A DNA stretch of 64,000 nt. Source: an uncultured bacterium (lineage in GTDB: Bacteria; AUK180). The notes under the pieces are model-generated. The model saw only the letters and a list, made by a program, of their open reading frames with translations, searched no databases and was not told the origin of the DNA. The DNA lies in contig CALMGJ010000037.1 in the NCBI GenBank assembly GCA_937863565.1, forward strand, positions 1-64,000, in the 5' to 3' direction. A program made the translations under genes and the position numbers. Shown here piece by piece: positions 46,771 to 56,879 of this stretch (its first letter is position 1; the number at the start of each line of letters is the position of its first letter).

Positions 46771-48196
46771 CCGCAACGCGGTCCTGATCGCCATCCTCTT
46801 TCTCATTTTCCTTTTCATCGGAAGAGCTGTCGTGACAAACCCGATGGCACAAAAGAACCTTCTGGTCTTCAGCCTCGGGCTTTTCGCCGTATTCGCATAT
46901 TTAAGTTATAAGAACACGTTCATTGCCATCATGGCCTTCCTCCTTTATCTTCCTTTCTACTCTTGGGCAAAATACCGCATCTTCGGCAATTCTCAGTTGG
47001 GGAACCTTTCTAAGGATCTCATGCTGGGAATGATATTTTTATCTTGGATGATAAAAAGGATAACGGGGAAATCCGGTACGCTGAACCTGCCTCCATGCTG
47101 GACGACAATGATACCCTTTTTTCTTGTTGCTACGCTCAATATCTTCAAAGCCCCTTCGATAGTCGGCGGCATCCTTGACTGGAGGATCCAGGTCTTCTAT
47201 CCGCTTACTTCGATCGTATTCTTTGATGAACTAAGGGACAGGGAGAAATTCTATAAACTATTGCGCGCTCTTGTGATCGCGGGCAGTATCGTAGCGCTTA
47301 TAGGCATCTTCCAGCGCATCTTCTACCAGAGATACGGGAAAATGCTGGCTGAGAACATGTTCGGTGCGGAAGCGATAAAAACATATTTTTTGGAGAACCG
47401 TTCCGAGATCCTGATCACATCCACCGTCGGCTGGCACGGCGTACTCGGACTTTATCTCACGTTCTGTATCGGCTTTCTTTTCATCCTGTTCACCGATAGA
47501 AGGCAGTTCATGCCCAAATGGGCTTTTATCTCGCTTTTCGTCCTGTTCACAGTGACCCTTGTATTTACGAACAACAGAACGTCCTGGGTGGCTTTTATTG
47601 TGCTTTTCATCTTCGTTTTCATACGAAACAGAAGACAAAGGGCCGGCCTTATCGCGATGATGGCCGTTGTGTTCACGCTTTTCATCGTGAACAACAGCTT
47701 TTTCAAACAGCGTTTTTCCGACATTCTCGACCCTCTTGACCAGGAATCCTCTTTCAATATGAGATATCAGGGCTGGAGGGAATACCTCAATGTCGTCTTA
47801 GAGAATCCGTTCGGCCTCGGCCTCGGGCATGTCGGGATGACTGCCTCAAGCAAGAGCACGCGGGTGGATGTAGACCTCATGCAGATGAGAGGCTATAAAC
47901 GCATTATCGATAATATGTACATAATGATAGTCATGGCTACGGGTTATCCCGGATTTCTCTTCTATGTCATATTCTGGATAGCTTATCTTGCATGGGCATT
48001 CTCCGTACACAGGGAAAGGAAGTCCTCTATCACGGTGGTCGGTACCGCCATGCTCTGCATTACACTCATTTCAGGGATCACGGGCGAATATGTCAACTAT
48101 ATCCTTCTTCAAATGTATTTCTGGGTCTCGATGGCCGGAGTCCTGATCGCGGAAAGAGATCCGGAACGCAGGCCCGCCATTAAGGAGATTGAGTGA
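46763..48196 (+). CDS. O-antigen ligase/polymerase family (WaaL/Wzy) membrane protein
   Basis: 12+ TM helices, TNNRTSW, S..MR...W, NPFGLGLG, DNMY; ATG 46763 overlaps the upstream stop. Confidence 0.78.
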   Translation: MNNRNAVLIAILFLIFLFIGRAVVTNPMAQKNLLVFSLGLFAVFAYLSYKNTFIAIMAFLLYLPFYSWAKYRIFGNSQLGNLSKDLMLGMIFLSWMIKRITGKSGTLNLPPCWTTMIPFFLVATLNIFKAPSIVGGILDWRIQVFYPLTSIVFFDELRDREKFYKLLRALVIAGSIVALIGIFQRIFYQRYGKMLAENMFGAEAIKTYFLENRSEILITSTVGWHGVLGLYLTFCIGFLFILFTDRRQFMPKWAFISLFVLFTVTLVFTNNRTSWVAFIVLFIFVFIRNRRQRAGLIAMMAVVFTLFIVNNSFFKQRFSDILDPLDQESSFNMRYQGWREYLNVVLENPFGLGLGHVGMTASSKSTRVDVDLMQMRGYKRIIDNMYIMIVMATGYPGFLFYVIFWIAYLAWAFSVHRERKSSITVVGTAMLCITLISGITGEYVNYILLQMYFWVSMAGVLIAERDPERRPAIKEIE

Positions 48197-49314
48197 GAAT
48201 AGGAATAGATATAACGCTTCTCGGCGCAGTTTACACAGGGCAGCATTTCTATATAACCTCTCTATTGAAAGAGATGTTCCGGATAGCACGGGAGGATACA
48301 TTCATTCTTTTTACATACGGTAACAGCGGCCGTTCCGATTTCGCCGGATCCGGAAATGTTGAATTTGTACGGATGGTTTCCGGCAATTACAACCGCATTA
48401 AAAGAATATTCGTTCAAAATACGGCAATGGCCGGAGTTGCCCAGAAGCATGAACTGGATGCTTTCTTTTCGCCTGCCTTTATCCAGCCCGTTAAAACAAA
48501 AGGAATAAGAAAAGTGGTAACAGTACACGATCTTATCTATAAAGCCGTCCCCAAAACCTATAAAACCCTTAAAAACATCTATTTCGACAGAATGATCTCC
48601 GGTTCTTTGAGGACTTCTGATCATGTCATCGCCATATCCGAGAACACCAAAAGGGATATTATCAGGTATTTTAAAACGCCTCCCGAGAAAGTGAAGGTCA
48701 TCCATTACGGTCTTGACGATCTGTTCAAGCGCGATATTCCCGCTGAAGAACTTGAAAGAAAGAAAAAGGAACTCAGCCTTCCGGAGAAATACTTTGTCTA
48801 TATCGGGACGCTGGAACCGCGCAAGAATCTTCCATATGCCCTCAAGAACCTGGACCGTTATTTTGAGACCGATCCGGCTTGCCGTTTCCTCGTATACGGA
48901 TGGAAGGGAGATCTCCCTTCTGATGTATTCCGCGCTCTTAACGGCATGAAGCACAGGCAAAGGGTCGAGTTCCGCGGGTATATTTCTCATGATGAACTTC
49001 CATACATCTATACGCTTTCGGAGGGACTGATATTCGTATCTCTTTATGAAGGTTTCGGGCTTCCGCCTGTTGAAGCTGCCGCGTGCGGTGTACCGGCCTA
49101 TGTTCTGAACAGGTCTTCCGTGAAGGAAGTGCTTGGCGATCACGCCTTCTTTATTGACGATAAGGAGTACGGCCTGTATGAGGCGCTTATCGAAAACAAG
49201 GCTAACCGGTCGCATGCAGCCACTTCCGGCTTTAAGGTTTTTGCCAGATCTTATTCGTGGGCCGTCGCCGCCGGAAAGACCCTTGAACTGATCCGCGGAG
49301 AAAAGGAAAGATGA
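48193..49314 (+). CDS. GT4 glycosyltransferase
   Basis: TVHDL, GTLEPRKN, YEGFGLPPVEA. Confidence 0.9.
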   Translation: MRIGIDITLLGAVYTGQHFYITSLLKEMFRIAREDTFILFTYGNSGRSDFAGSGNVEFVRMVSGNYNRIKRIFVQNTAMAGVAQKHELDAFFSPAFIQPVKTKGIRKVVTVHDLIYKAVPKTYKTLKNIYFDRMISGSLRTSDHVIAISENTKRDIIRYFKTPPEKVKVIHYGLDDLFKRDIPAEELERKKKELSLPEKYFVYIGTLEPRKNLPYALKNLDRYFETDPACRFLVYGWKGDLPSDVFRALNGMKHRQRVEFRGYISHDELPYIYTLSEGLIFVSLYEGFGLPPVEAAACGVPAYVLNRSSVKEVLGDHAFFIDDKEYGLYEALIENKANRSHAATSGFKVFARSYSWAVAAGKTLELIRGEKER

Positions 49315-49446
49315 CCTCTTTTTCACTTACGGAAAAGGATGCTTTTATTCCTTCTTTTCATCCGGTCCCTGTATGCGGGTCCCGGAAGGAAGATATCCGT
49401 CTGCTTGCGCTACCCCTGTTCTCCGGAAAAGTGGAGATGACGGACT

Positions 49447-50556
49447 TTGAATAATATCAAGGCGGCCCTTGTCCATGATTATTTTATGCAGTACGGCGGC
49501 GCCGAAAGGGTTTTCGAAGCGATATACGGGATCTTTCCCGAAGCGGATATCTTCTGTCCGGTTGCCGATAAAAGGATCGTTGACCGCATCGATCCGGTTA
49601 TGAAACTTACCGTATCCCCGTTTCTTTCCTCTAAACTCAACAGGTCTCAGTACAGGGCCCTGATACCCATGTATCCTGCGGAGGTCGAAAAATTCGATTT
49701 TTCGGGATATGACCTTGTTATTTCGGATTCGAGCGCATGGACAAAAAACATCATTACTCCGCCTGGCACCGTTCATGTTTCATATATATACACCCCTATG
49801 AGGTTCGCCTGGAGTTTTTTTCACAGGGAGCTTGAGCAACGCGGAAATTTCACCGGATTCTTCCTGTCCTGGGTGCTGCATTTCATACGGTTATGGGATA
49901 CCGTAGGGTCTTCGCGCGTTCAATATTTCCTCTGCGATTCTCGCTATGTCGCAAAAAGGATCGAGAAGTTCTACAGGCGTTCCGCCGAGGTCGTATATCC
50001 CTTTGTCGACTGGGAGTATTTCCGCCCCGGGAATTACAAAAAGAACTACTTCCTTCTCGTATCGAGATTCCGGCCTTATAAAATGGTCGATCTAGCCATA
50101 AAGGCTTTCAATAGAACGGGAGATAAACTGGTCATAATCGGCGATGGAGAAAAATACGCGGAATATAAGGCCCTTGCCCGGAATAATATAGTGATCATTA
50201 GGGATGTCGATGACGATCATCTGAGGGAATTCTACTCGCAGTGCAGAGCCTTCGTCTTTCCCCAGGAGGAGGATTTCGGCATCACTCCGCTCGAAGTGCA
50301 GTCCTGCGGCCGGCCCGTGATCGCCTATAATAAAGGAGGTGCAAGGGAAACGGTGTTAGATGGAAAAACAGGGATATTCTTCGATCATCAAACCGTCGAT
50401 TCCCTGTGCGAAGCGATAGAACGTTTCAAGAAAATTGAGAATACTTTTGACAAGCATAAGATCAGAGAGCATGCCGGGGGTTTTACCAAGGACCGGTTCA
50501 TTTCGGAATTCAGGGCGAAGATAGACACGATACTGCGCAAGGAGGGGAAGATATGA
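49447..50556 (+). CDS. GT4 glycosyltransferase (WbaZ-like)
   Basis: VHDY...GGAERV, YTPMRFAW, EEDFGITPLE; TTG start with GGAG SD. Confidence 0.9.
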   Translation: MNNIKAALVHDYFMQYGGAERVFEAIYGIFPEADIFCPVADKRIVDRIDPVMKLTVSPFLSSKLNRSQYRALIPMYPAEVEKFDFSGYDLVISDSSAWTKNIITPPGTVHVSYIYTPMRFAWSFFHRELEQRGNFTGFFLSWVLHFIRLWDTVGSSRVQYFLCDSRYVAKRIEKFYRRSAEVVYPFVDWEYFRPGNYKKNYFLLVSRFRPYKMVDLAIKAFNRTGDKLVIIGDGEKYAEYKALARNNIVIIRDVDDDHLREFYSQCRAFVFPQEEDFGITPLEVQSCGRPVIAYNKGGARETVLDGKTGIFFDHQTVDSLCEAIERFKKIENTFDKHKIREHAGGFTKDRFISEFRAKIDTILRKEGKI

Positions 50557-51680
50557 AGCGCGTTGCCCTGAACCTGTTCGCCTCTCATAGAATACAGACG
50601 GGGATAGGAACTTACCTTACGGGCCTTGTATCCGGCCTGTCCGGTATCGAGAGGGATCTTGAGATAGTGCTTGTCCTTAACTCCGAAGGCAAAGAGATCT
50701 TCAGTGATCATCTTGGCGGATTCGAAAGCTTCACAGCACCCCGTATATCGGATAATATCAAAACCAGGGTCCTTTACGAGCACACTTTCTTATCGAGCGA
50801 TCTGAAAAAGATCGGAATAGATCTTCTCCATTCGCCCGTATTCGTCTCTCCCTTTAATTACAGAGGAAAAGGCGTGCTAACAGTTCATGACACGACCTTC
50901 ATCACACACCCGCAATATCATATCCCTTCAAAAAGGCTCTATTTCAAATGGGGTATACCGCGGTCCGTGAAAAAATGCGATAAGGTCGTCGCGATATCCG
51001 AGAACACGAGAAAGGACCTTATCGGCCTCTATCCGGAAGAAAGTTCAAAATTCGTATATATACCATACGGTATTAAAAAAGAATTCTTCTCCCCGCTTCC
51101 GCCGGAAAGAGAAGCGGAACTCATGAAATTCTCCCTTCCGGAAAATTTCATTCTTTATGTCGGCGTGCTCGAACCGAGAAAGAACATTGAAGGCATCATC
51201 AAGGCATTCAATGAGATCCGGGAAAGGATACCCGGACATAAGCTCGTCCTTGCCGGAAGAAAGGGCTGGTATTATGATCCGATATTCGAACTCGTGCGCG
51301 ACCTCGGTCTTCAAGACTCCGTTATCCATATAGGGCATGTGGATTACCTGACCTTGCCGGGCCTCTTCAGAAAGGCCTCCCTTTTCACATATCCCTCCTT
51401 CTATGAAGGTTTCGGGATGCCGGTTCTGGAAGCAATGGCCTCCGGTTGTCCTGTGGTTACATCGGATATCTCATCCACAAAGGAAATAGGGGGTGACGGA
51501 TGCGCATTTGCTGACCCGAACGATGTGAAGGGGATCGCCTCTGCGATGGTCTCGATCCTGAGCGATCCTTTGCGCAGGTCTTCACTTGTCGAAAAGGGTT
51601 TGAAAAGAGCCGCGGAATTCTCCTGGGAATCCGCCGCCAAGAGGACCATGGAACTCTATCATGAGGTTCTTGATGCCTGA
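50553..51680 (+). CDS. GT4 glycosyltransferase
   Basis: TGIGTY, TVHD, LEPRKN, YEGFGMPVLEAMASG. Confidence 0.9.
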   Translation: MKRVALNLFASHRIQTGIGTYLTGLVSGLSGIERDLEIVLVLNSEGKEIFSDHLGGFESFTAPRISDNIKTRVLYEHTFLSSDLKKIGIDLLHSPVFVSPFNYRGKGVLTVHDTTFITHPQYHIPSKRLYFKWGIPRSVKKCDKVVAISENTRKDLIGLYPEESSKFVYIPYGIKKEFFSPLPPEREAELMKFSLPENFILYVGVLEPRKNIEGIIKAFNEIRERIPGHKLVLAGRKGWYYDPIFELVRDLGLQDSVIHIGHVDYLTLPGLFRKASLFTYPSFYEGFGMPVLEAMASGCPVVTSDISSTKEIGGDGCAFADPNDVKGIASAMVSILSDPLRRSSLVEKGLKRAAEFSWESAAKRTMELYHEVLDA

Positions 51681-52488
51681 GATCACGATCGTGACGATCT
51701 CAACCAACGAACTTCATTTCCTCAAGGGAATGCTGGCCTCTCTCTACAGGCATGAGGACTCCGCGCGTTTTGAAGTGATATTAGTGGATAATGCCTCTAA
51801 GGACGGCACCTCGGAGTATATCCGGGAGAACTATCCGGGAATATTCGTTCTCAGGAACAGGAAAAAACAGGGGTTTGCGTTCAACAATAATATCGGCATG
51901 CGCCGCGCAAAAGGGGATTTCATCCTTGTTCTCAACCCCGATACCGTTTTCACCGAGCCGCTGCTTTCTGAAATGATCGGGTATATGCGGTCGAATCCGG
52001 ATATCGGACTGTGCGCATGCAAGCTTATGAATAAGGATATGACCGTCCAGCAGTCGGTGAGAAGATACTATACATATCTTACCCTTCTTGTAAGGAGATT
52101 CCCTTTCTTCCGTCCTTTTTTGCTTGCCTCCCAGATCAACAGGCATCACTTATACGAGGAAAGAGGGAAGAACCGGGTCTTCTTTCCCGATTGGATACTC
52201 GGTGCTTTCATGATGTTCCCGAAAAAACTTCTTGACAGCGTAGGGTTCTTCGATGAGAGATTCAAACTCTATTTCGAGGATGTCGATCTATGCAGGCGGA
52301 TATGGCATTCCGGCCTCAAGGTCTGCTATTATCCGAAAAGGAGCATAATACATCTCTACAACAGGGAATCCGATACGAAGCGGTTCATAAAGGGTTTCAA
52401 GCTGCAGAAAGGGGCAAAAATGCATTTGAAGAGCATGTTGAGATACATTTTGAAATACAGGCTTTCCTTAGGAGAGAAACATGGTTAA
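51673..52488 (+). CDS. GT2 glycosyltransferase (WbbL/rhamnosyltransferase-like)
   Basis: VDNASKDG, GFAFNNN, LNPD, FDERFKLYFEDVDLC. Confidence 0.88.
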   Translation: MPEITIVTISTNELHFLKGMLASLYRHEDSARFEVILVDNASKDGTSEYIRENYPGIFVLRNRKKQGFAFNNNIGMRRAKGDFILVLNPDTVFTEPLLSEMIGYMRSNPDIGLCACKLMNKDMTVQQSVRRYYTYLTLLVRRFPFFRPFLLASQINRHHLYEERGKNRVFFPDWILGAFMMFPKKLLDSVGFFDERFKLYFEDVDLCRRIWHSGLKVCYYPKRSIIHLYNRESDTKRFIKGFKLQKGAKMHLKSMLRYILKYRLSLGEKHG

Positions 52489-53188
52489 TCCGAAAGAGAT
52501 CGAGTTCTACGGCAAAAAAAATCTGTATTACGAGACTGAGCTTAAACCGTTTTCCCGTATGCCGGACATTACTTCAGAAAGACTGTTTGATGACCTTGTT
52601 AATTTCAATATCATTCTCAGGGGGATCAAAGCAAAAAAGGTGCTTGAAGGCGCTTGTGGAGGAGGATGGCTTTCCAAGATGCTCTGTCGTTTCGGTTATG
52701 AAGTATCGGCATTCGATCAGTCGCCGGACCTTATTGAGAAGAACAGGGAATATGCGGGGAAGAATTCGCTTCAGATAGAATATTTTACCGCGGACTTTGA
52801 GGATTTCAAAGTAGACGGGCTTTTCGATGTCGGGATCATATACGATGCCCTTCACCATACGAAGGAACCGTTTAAAGTCGTGAAGTGCTTCTTTGATGCG
52901 CTCGTTCAGGGAGGGAAACTCATCATTGCCGAACCTTCTCTTTTGCACCGTATAAGCGGATCGGCAAGGGAATTAACCCGGGAAACGGGTATCATAGAAG
53001 AAGGCTTCTCGCGGTCTTCGCTCAAGCGGATCCTGAGAAAGGCCGGTTTCGGGAAGGTCCGTTTCTTTGTGCGGAACACCACGGTCCATTATTCCGGCCG
53101 TCCCCTTTCGAAGCAGTGGTTCAGGAATTTCCTGAAACTGTTCTTTTATTGTCCGGGAGAAAAGATATGGGCGGTAGCGGAGAAATAG
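52481..53188 (+). CDS. Class I SAM-dependent methyltransferase
   Basis: VLEGACGGGW, DALHH, IAEP. Confidence 0.82.
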   Translation: MVNPKEIEFYGKKNLYYETELKPFSRMPDITSERLFDDLVNFNIILRGIKAKKVLEGACGGGWLSKMLCRFGYEVSAFDQSPDLIEKNREYAGKNSLQIEYFTADFEDFKVDGLFDVGIIYDALHHTKEPFKVVKCFFDALVQGGKLIIAEPSLLHRISGSARELTRETGIIEEGFSRSSLKRILRKAGFGKVRFFVRNTTVHYSGRPLSKQWFRNFLKLFFYCPGEKIWAVAEK

Positions 53189-55155
53189 AGAAAAAACGCT
53201 TTTCGCTTAGATCTTCTTTCAAACCGGCCGGGGACCAGCCTGCAGCCATTGATGAATTGACAGCCGCCCTTTCCGAAGGAAGAAAGTACAATGTGCTTCT
53301 CGGCGTGACGGGCAGCGGAAAGACGTTCACGATCGCGAATGTGATAGAAAGACTGCAGCGTCCGGCCATCATCATTTCGCATAATAAAACGCTGGCGGCC
53401 CAGCTTTATGCCGAATTCAAGGAGTTCTTTCCCGAGAACCGGGTTGAATTCTTCGTTTCATATTATGATTATTACCAGCCGGAGGCCTACCTTCCGGGAA
53501 AGGACATGTATATAGAAAAGGACTGCGATATCAATCAGGAGATAGACCGCCTCAGGCATTCCGCGACTCATTCTATCCTTACAAGAAGGGATACGATCAT
53601 CGTAGCCTCCGTCTCATGCATCTACGGACTCGGCTCGCCGGAACTGTATGAAAGAGAAAGGCTCGTGATAAGAAAAGGGGACAGACTTTCGCGCGATTCA
53701 CTTCTTCTTAAGCTTGTGGGGATCATGTATGAACGCAACGATATTGTTTTTGAACAGGGCAAGTTCAGGGTGAAGGGTGATATCGTCGATGTCTTTCCCA
53801 TGTATGAAGAGCATCCCTACAGATTCGAACTTTTCGGGGACGAGATAGAAAAGATCTCTATATTCGACCCATTGTCCGGCCATCCTCTTGCCGGCCTTGA
53901 TGAAACGATGATATACCCGGCGAAGCATTATCTTATTGAGACGGATAAAATGAACGCCATACTCAAGGAGATACGGGGCGATATGGATGCAAGGTCGGAA
54001 GAATTCAGGAAAGAAGGCAAACTCCTTGAAGCGCAACGGATCGCAGAAAGGGTCAATTATGATATCGAGATGCTTCAGGTCATGCACTATACAAAGGGTA
54101 TTGAGAACTATTCCCGGTATTTCGACGGAAGAGAAGAGGGAACACCTCCCGTGACGCTTCTTGATTATCTTCCTGACGATGTCCTGTACATAATAGATGA
54201 ATCGCATGTTACCGTTCCCCAATTGAGAGGGATGTACAACGGCGACCGCAAGAGGAAACAGAATCTCGTCGATTACGGATTCAGGCTTCCTGCCGCTTAC
54301 GATAACCGGCCTTTGAAATTCGAAGAGTTCTTCGCGAAGATGAAAGAGGCCGTCTTCGTTTCCGCAACGCCTTCGGATTATGAACTTGATCTTGCAGAGG
54401 GAAGGATCATTGAGCAGATCGTAAGGCCGACGGGGCTTATCGATCCGCAGATAACGGTACACCCCACGGCCGGACAGATAGAGAAGCTTCTTGATTATCT
54501 CGAGCCCGTTCTTGCAAGGAACGAGAAAGCTCTTATAACAACTCTCACGAAAAAAATGGCGGAGGACCTCTCGGCCCATCTCGGATCGCTTAAATACAGA
54601 GTAAAGTATCTTCATTCCGATATCGATACCATAGAGCGCTACAATATCATCAAGATGCTGCGTACGGGAGAGATAGATATCATTGTGGGTGTTAACCTTT
54701 TACGGGAAGGTCTTGATCTTCCGGAGGTCTCCCTTGTTGCGATCTTCGATGCTGACAAGGAGGGCTTTCTCCGGAGCAGAAGGTCTCTGATCCAGACGAT
54801 CGGGCGTACTGCAAGGAACGTCAACGGCCAGGTCGTTCTCTTTGCCGATATCAGGACGGACAGCATCGAGCTTGCACTCTCCGAGACAGAAAGAAGGAGA
54901 ATGAGGCAGATCGAATACAATAAAGAACACGGGATCGTACCGAGAACGGTTGTCTCCTCGATAAAATCCGGCATTGAAAAATTAAAGAAGAAGGACTTTA
55001 AAAGCGATGACGATCTCGATATCTACCTTAAAGACCTTAAAAGAAAGATGGAACGCCTGGCAAAGGAACTCCGATTCGAGGAGGCGGCTGAGATCCGCGA
55101 GGAGATCATCGCTTTGCGGAAATCGTTCCTTTTCGGAGAAGAGAAGGGGAAATAG
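53167..55155 (+). CDS. uvrB: Excinuclease ABC subunit B
   Basis: GDQP, GVTGSGKT, SYYDYYQPEAY, DESH, NLLREGLDLPEV, IGRTARN, C-terminal UVR helix; start estimated (track start 53116). Confidence 0.97.
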   Translation: MGGSGEIEKKRFSLRSSFKPAGDQPAAIDELTAALSEGRKYNVLLGVTGSGKTFTIANVIERLQRPAIIISHNKTLAAQLYAEFKEFFPENRVEFFVSYYDYYQPEAYLPGKDMYIEKDCDINQEIDRLRHSATHSILTRRDTIIVASVSCIYGLGSPELYERERLVIRKGDRLSRDSLLLKLVGIMYERNDIVFEQGKFRVKGDIVDVFPMYEEHPYRFELFGDEIEKISIFDPLSGHPLAGLDETMIYPAKHYLIETDKMNAILKEIRGDMDARSEEFRKEGKLLEAQRIAERVNYDIEMLQVMHYTKGIENYSRYFDGREEGTPPVTLLDYLPDDVLYIIDESHVTVPQLRGMYNGDRKRKQNLVDYGFRLPAAYDNRPLKFEEFFAKMKEAVFVSATPSDYELDLAEGRIIEQIVRPTGLIDPQITVHPTAGQIEKLLDYLEPVLARNEKALITTLTKKMAEDLSAHLGSLKYRVKYLHSDIDTIERYNIIKMLRTGEIDIIVGVNLLREGLDLPEVSLVAIFDADKEGFLRSRRSLIQTIGRTARNVNGQVVLFADIRTDSIELALSETERRRMRQIEYNKEHGIVPRTVVSSIKSGIEKLKKKDFKSDDDLDIYLKDLKRKMERLAKELRFEEAAEIREEIIALRKSFLFGEEKGK

Positions 55156-55166
55156 GGGCGAGGCGC

Positions 55167-55241
55167 AGTGAATAGTGAACAGTGAAAAATGTGAAAAAGT
55201 TGAGAGTTGAGAGTTGAAAGTTGAGAGTTAGAATAGTAAAA
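55167..55241. repeat. Degenerate heptamer tandem repeats (AGTGAAN x3; AGTTGAR x4-5)
   Basis: agtgaat agtgaac agtgaaa ... agttgag agttgag agttgaa agttgag agttaga. Confidence 0.85.
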
Positions 55242-55353
55242 AATAAACCCGTAAACTCGCCGGCATATTTCTTGCCGGCCTGCAACAGAATAACGGTTCT
55301 TGCCAAACGCCATACCACTTCTATAATTCAAGCTTAAGCGGGACACGGTTGAA

Positions 55354-55382
55354 TTGAAATGAAATCTATTTGGTGTTATAAT
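55354..55382 (+). promoter_or_regulatory. Promoter, leaderless geometry
   Basis: TTGAAA-17-TATAAT with extended TG, 5 nt before ATG 55388; second candidate TTGCCA-16-TATAAT at 55300-55327. Confidence 0.75.
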
Positions 55383-55387
55383 AGAAC

Positions 55388-56335
55388 ATGAACAAAGATA
55401 TCTCGATCATCATTCCCGTTTACAATGAAGAGGGTAATGTAGAAGAGCTCTATAATCGTGTCCGCATGGCCATGGACAAAACCAATATCAATTACGAAGT
55501 AATATTCATCAATGACGGTTCCACGGACGGAACGATGGGTCTTCTCAAAAGCCTTGCACTTTCAAGCGACCTTGTGAAGGTCGTTGATTTCCGCAGAAAT
55601 TTCGGCCAAACGGCTGCTATGCAGGCCGGCATCGATCATTCGAAGGGAAAGTATATCTGCTTTCTCGACGGCGATATCCAGAACGATCCGGAGGATATCC
55701 CGGGGATGTACCGTAAAGCCGCGGAGGGATATGATATAGTGAGCGGCTGGCGCCACCAGCGGAAGGACCCCTTTTTTTCAAGGAAGATCCCCTCGATGAT
55801 AGCGAATTCGATCATCGCCAAAAGCACGGGAGTGAAACTGCACGATTACGGCTGCTCCCTTAAAGTCTATGACGGAGAGCTCCTCAGGGGAACTCCGCTT
55901 TACGGGGAGATGCACAGGTTCATTCCGGCCCTTGTTGCGCTGAAAGGAGCGAAAATAACCGAAGTCAAGGTCAATCATTATCCGAGAAAATCCGGCAAAA
56001 GCAAATACGGTATTTCTAGAACATTCAGAGTGATACTGGACCTTATAACGGTGAAATTTTTCGGGGGCTTTTCTACTAAACCTCTCCACATTTTCGGATC
56101 GTGGGGAATGATATCCGCCACGGCCGGTTTTCTCATCTCGCTGTACCTTGCCGTGATCAGGATCTTTTTTAAAGAACCCATAGGCAACAGGCCGCTTCTT
56201 ACTCTGGGTATCCTGCTTATCTTCCTCGGAATCCAGTTCATCACGATCGGCCTTCTTGGCGAATTCCTTACCCGGATCTATTTCGAGAATTCCGGAAAGA
56301 AGATCTATCATGTCAAAGAGATCGTTCAGAAGTAA
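55388..56335 (+). CDS. GT2 undecaprenyl-phosphate glycosyltransferase (ArnC/GtrB-like)
   Basis: [30 protein letters not shown], two C-terminal TM helices. Confidence 0.9.
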   Translation: MNKDISIIIPVYNEEGNVEELYNRVRMAMDKTNINYEVIFINDGSTDGTMGLLKSLALSSDLVKVVDFRRNFGQTAAMQAGIDHSKGKYICFLDGDIQNDPEDIPGMYRKAAEGYDIVSGWRHQRKDPFFSRKIPSMIANSIIAKSTGVKLHDYGCSLKVYDGELLRGTPLYGEMHRFIPALVALKGAKITEVKVNHYPRKSGKSKYGISRTFRVILDLITVKFFGGFSTKPLHIFGSWGMISATAGFLISLYLAVIRIFFKEPIGNRPLLTLGILLIFLGIQFITIGLLGEFLTRIYFENSGKKIYHVKEIVQK

Positions 56336-56336
56336 A

Positions 56337-56879
56337 ATGCCTATAATAGGGGAGAAGATCACCTTTTCCGACCTTATTATGAAGTATATCTTCAGGGATA
56401 CGGTCCTTGCCGGTACGAGAAATATCGGGGGAGCTCCCGGAGTTGGCATAAGGATGCTGCTGTACCCGCATTTCTTAAGATCTTGCGGCTCCGGTCTTAC
56501 GGTACGTGAAAACGTGGTCATCAAATTCCCCGAGAACGTGAAGATCGGGGACCAGGTAGGTATCTCCGAATTCAGTTGGATAGACGGCATCGGGGGCGTC
56601 ACGATCGGGAATATGACCAGGATCGGGCCCCATGTCTGCATCGTATCTTTTGAACATAACTACATTAAAAAGGATATTCCCGTAAAACTTCAAGGCAACA
56701 GGAAATCGCCGGTTTGTATAGGCGATGATGTCTGGATCGGCGCGCGCGCTGTGATCCTTGCCGGTGTCACCGTCGGGCCCGGAGCAATAATAGGCGCAGG
56801 CGCAGTGGTAACGAAGGATGTGCCGCCTTATACTGTCGTTGTCGGTTCTCCTGCCCGCGAGGTCGGCAAGAGGGAATGA
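56337..56879 (+). CDS. Hexapeptide-repeat (left-handed beta-helix) O-acetyltransferase
   Basis: [39 protein letters not shown] right after the upstream stop. Confidence 0.88.
   Translation: MPIIGEKITFSDLIMKYIFRDTVLAGTRNIGGAPGVGIRMLLYPHFLRSCGSGLTVRENVVIKFPENVKIGDQVGISEFSWIDGIGGVTIGNMTRIGPHVCIVSFEHNYIKKDIPVKLQGNRKSPVCIGDDVWIGARAVILAGVTVGPGAIIGAGAVVTKDVPPYTVVVGSPAREVGKRE

Noticed and set aside
48262-49326. 354-aa antisense ORF spanning a GT4 gene
   Set aside because: Mirror frame of the real gene with no domain signal; 53698-54615 and 55778-56641 are rejected for the same reason
55167-55241. CRISPR array
   Set aside because: 7-nt units without spacers and no cas genes
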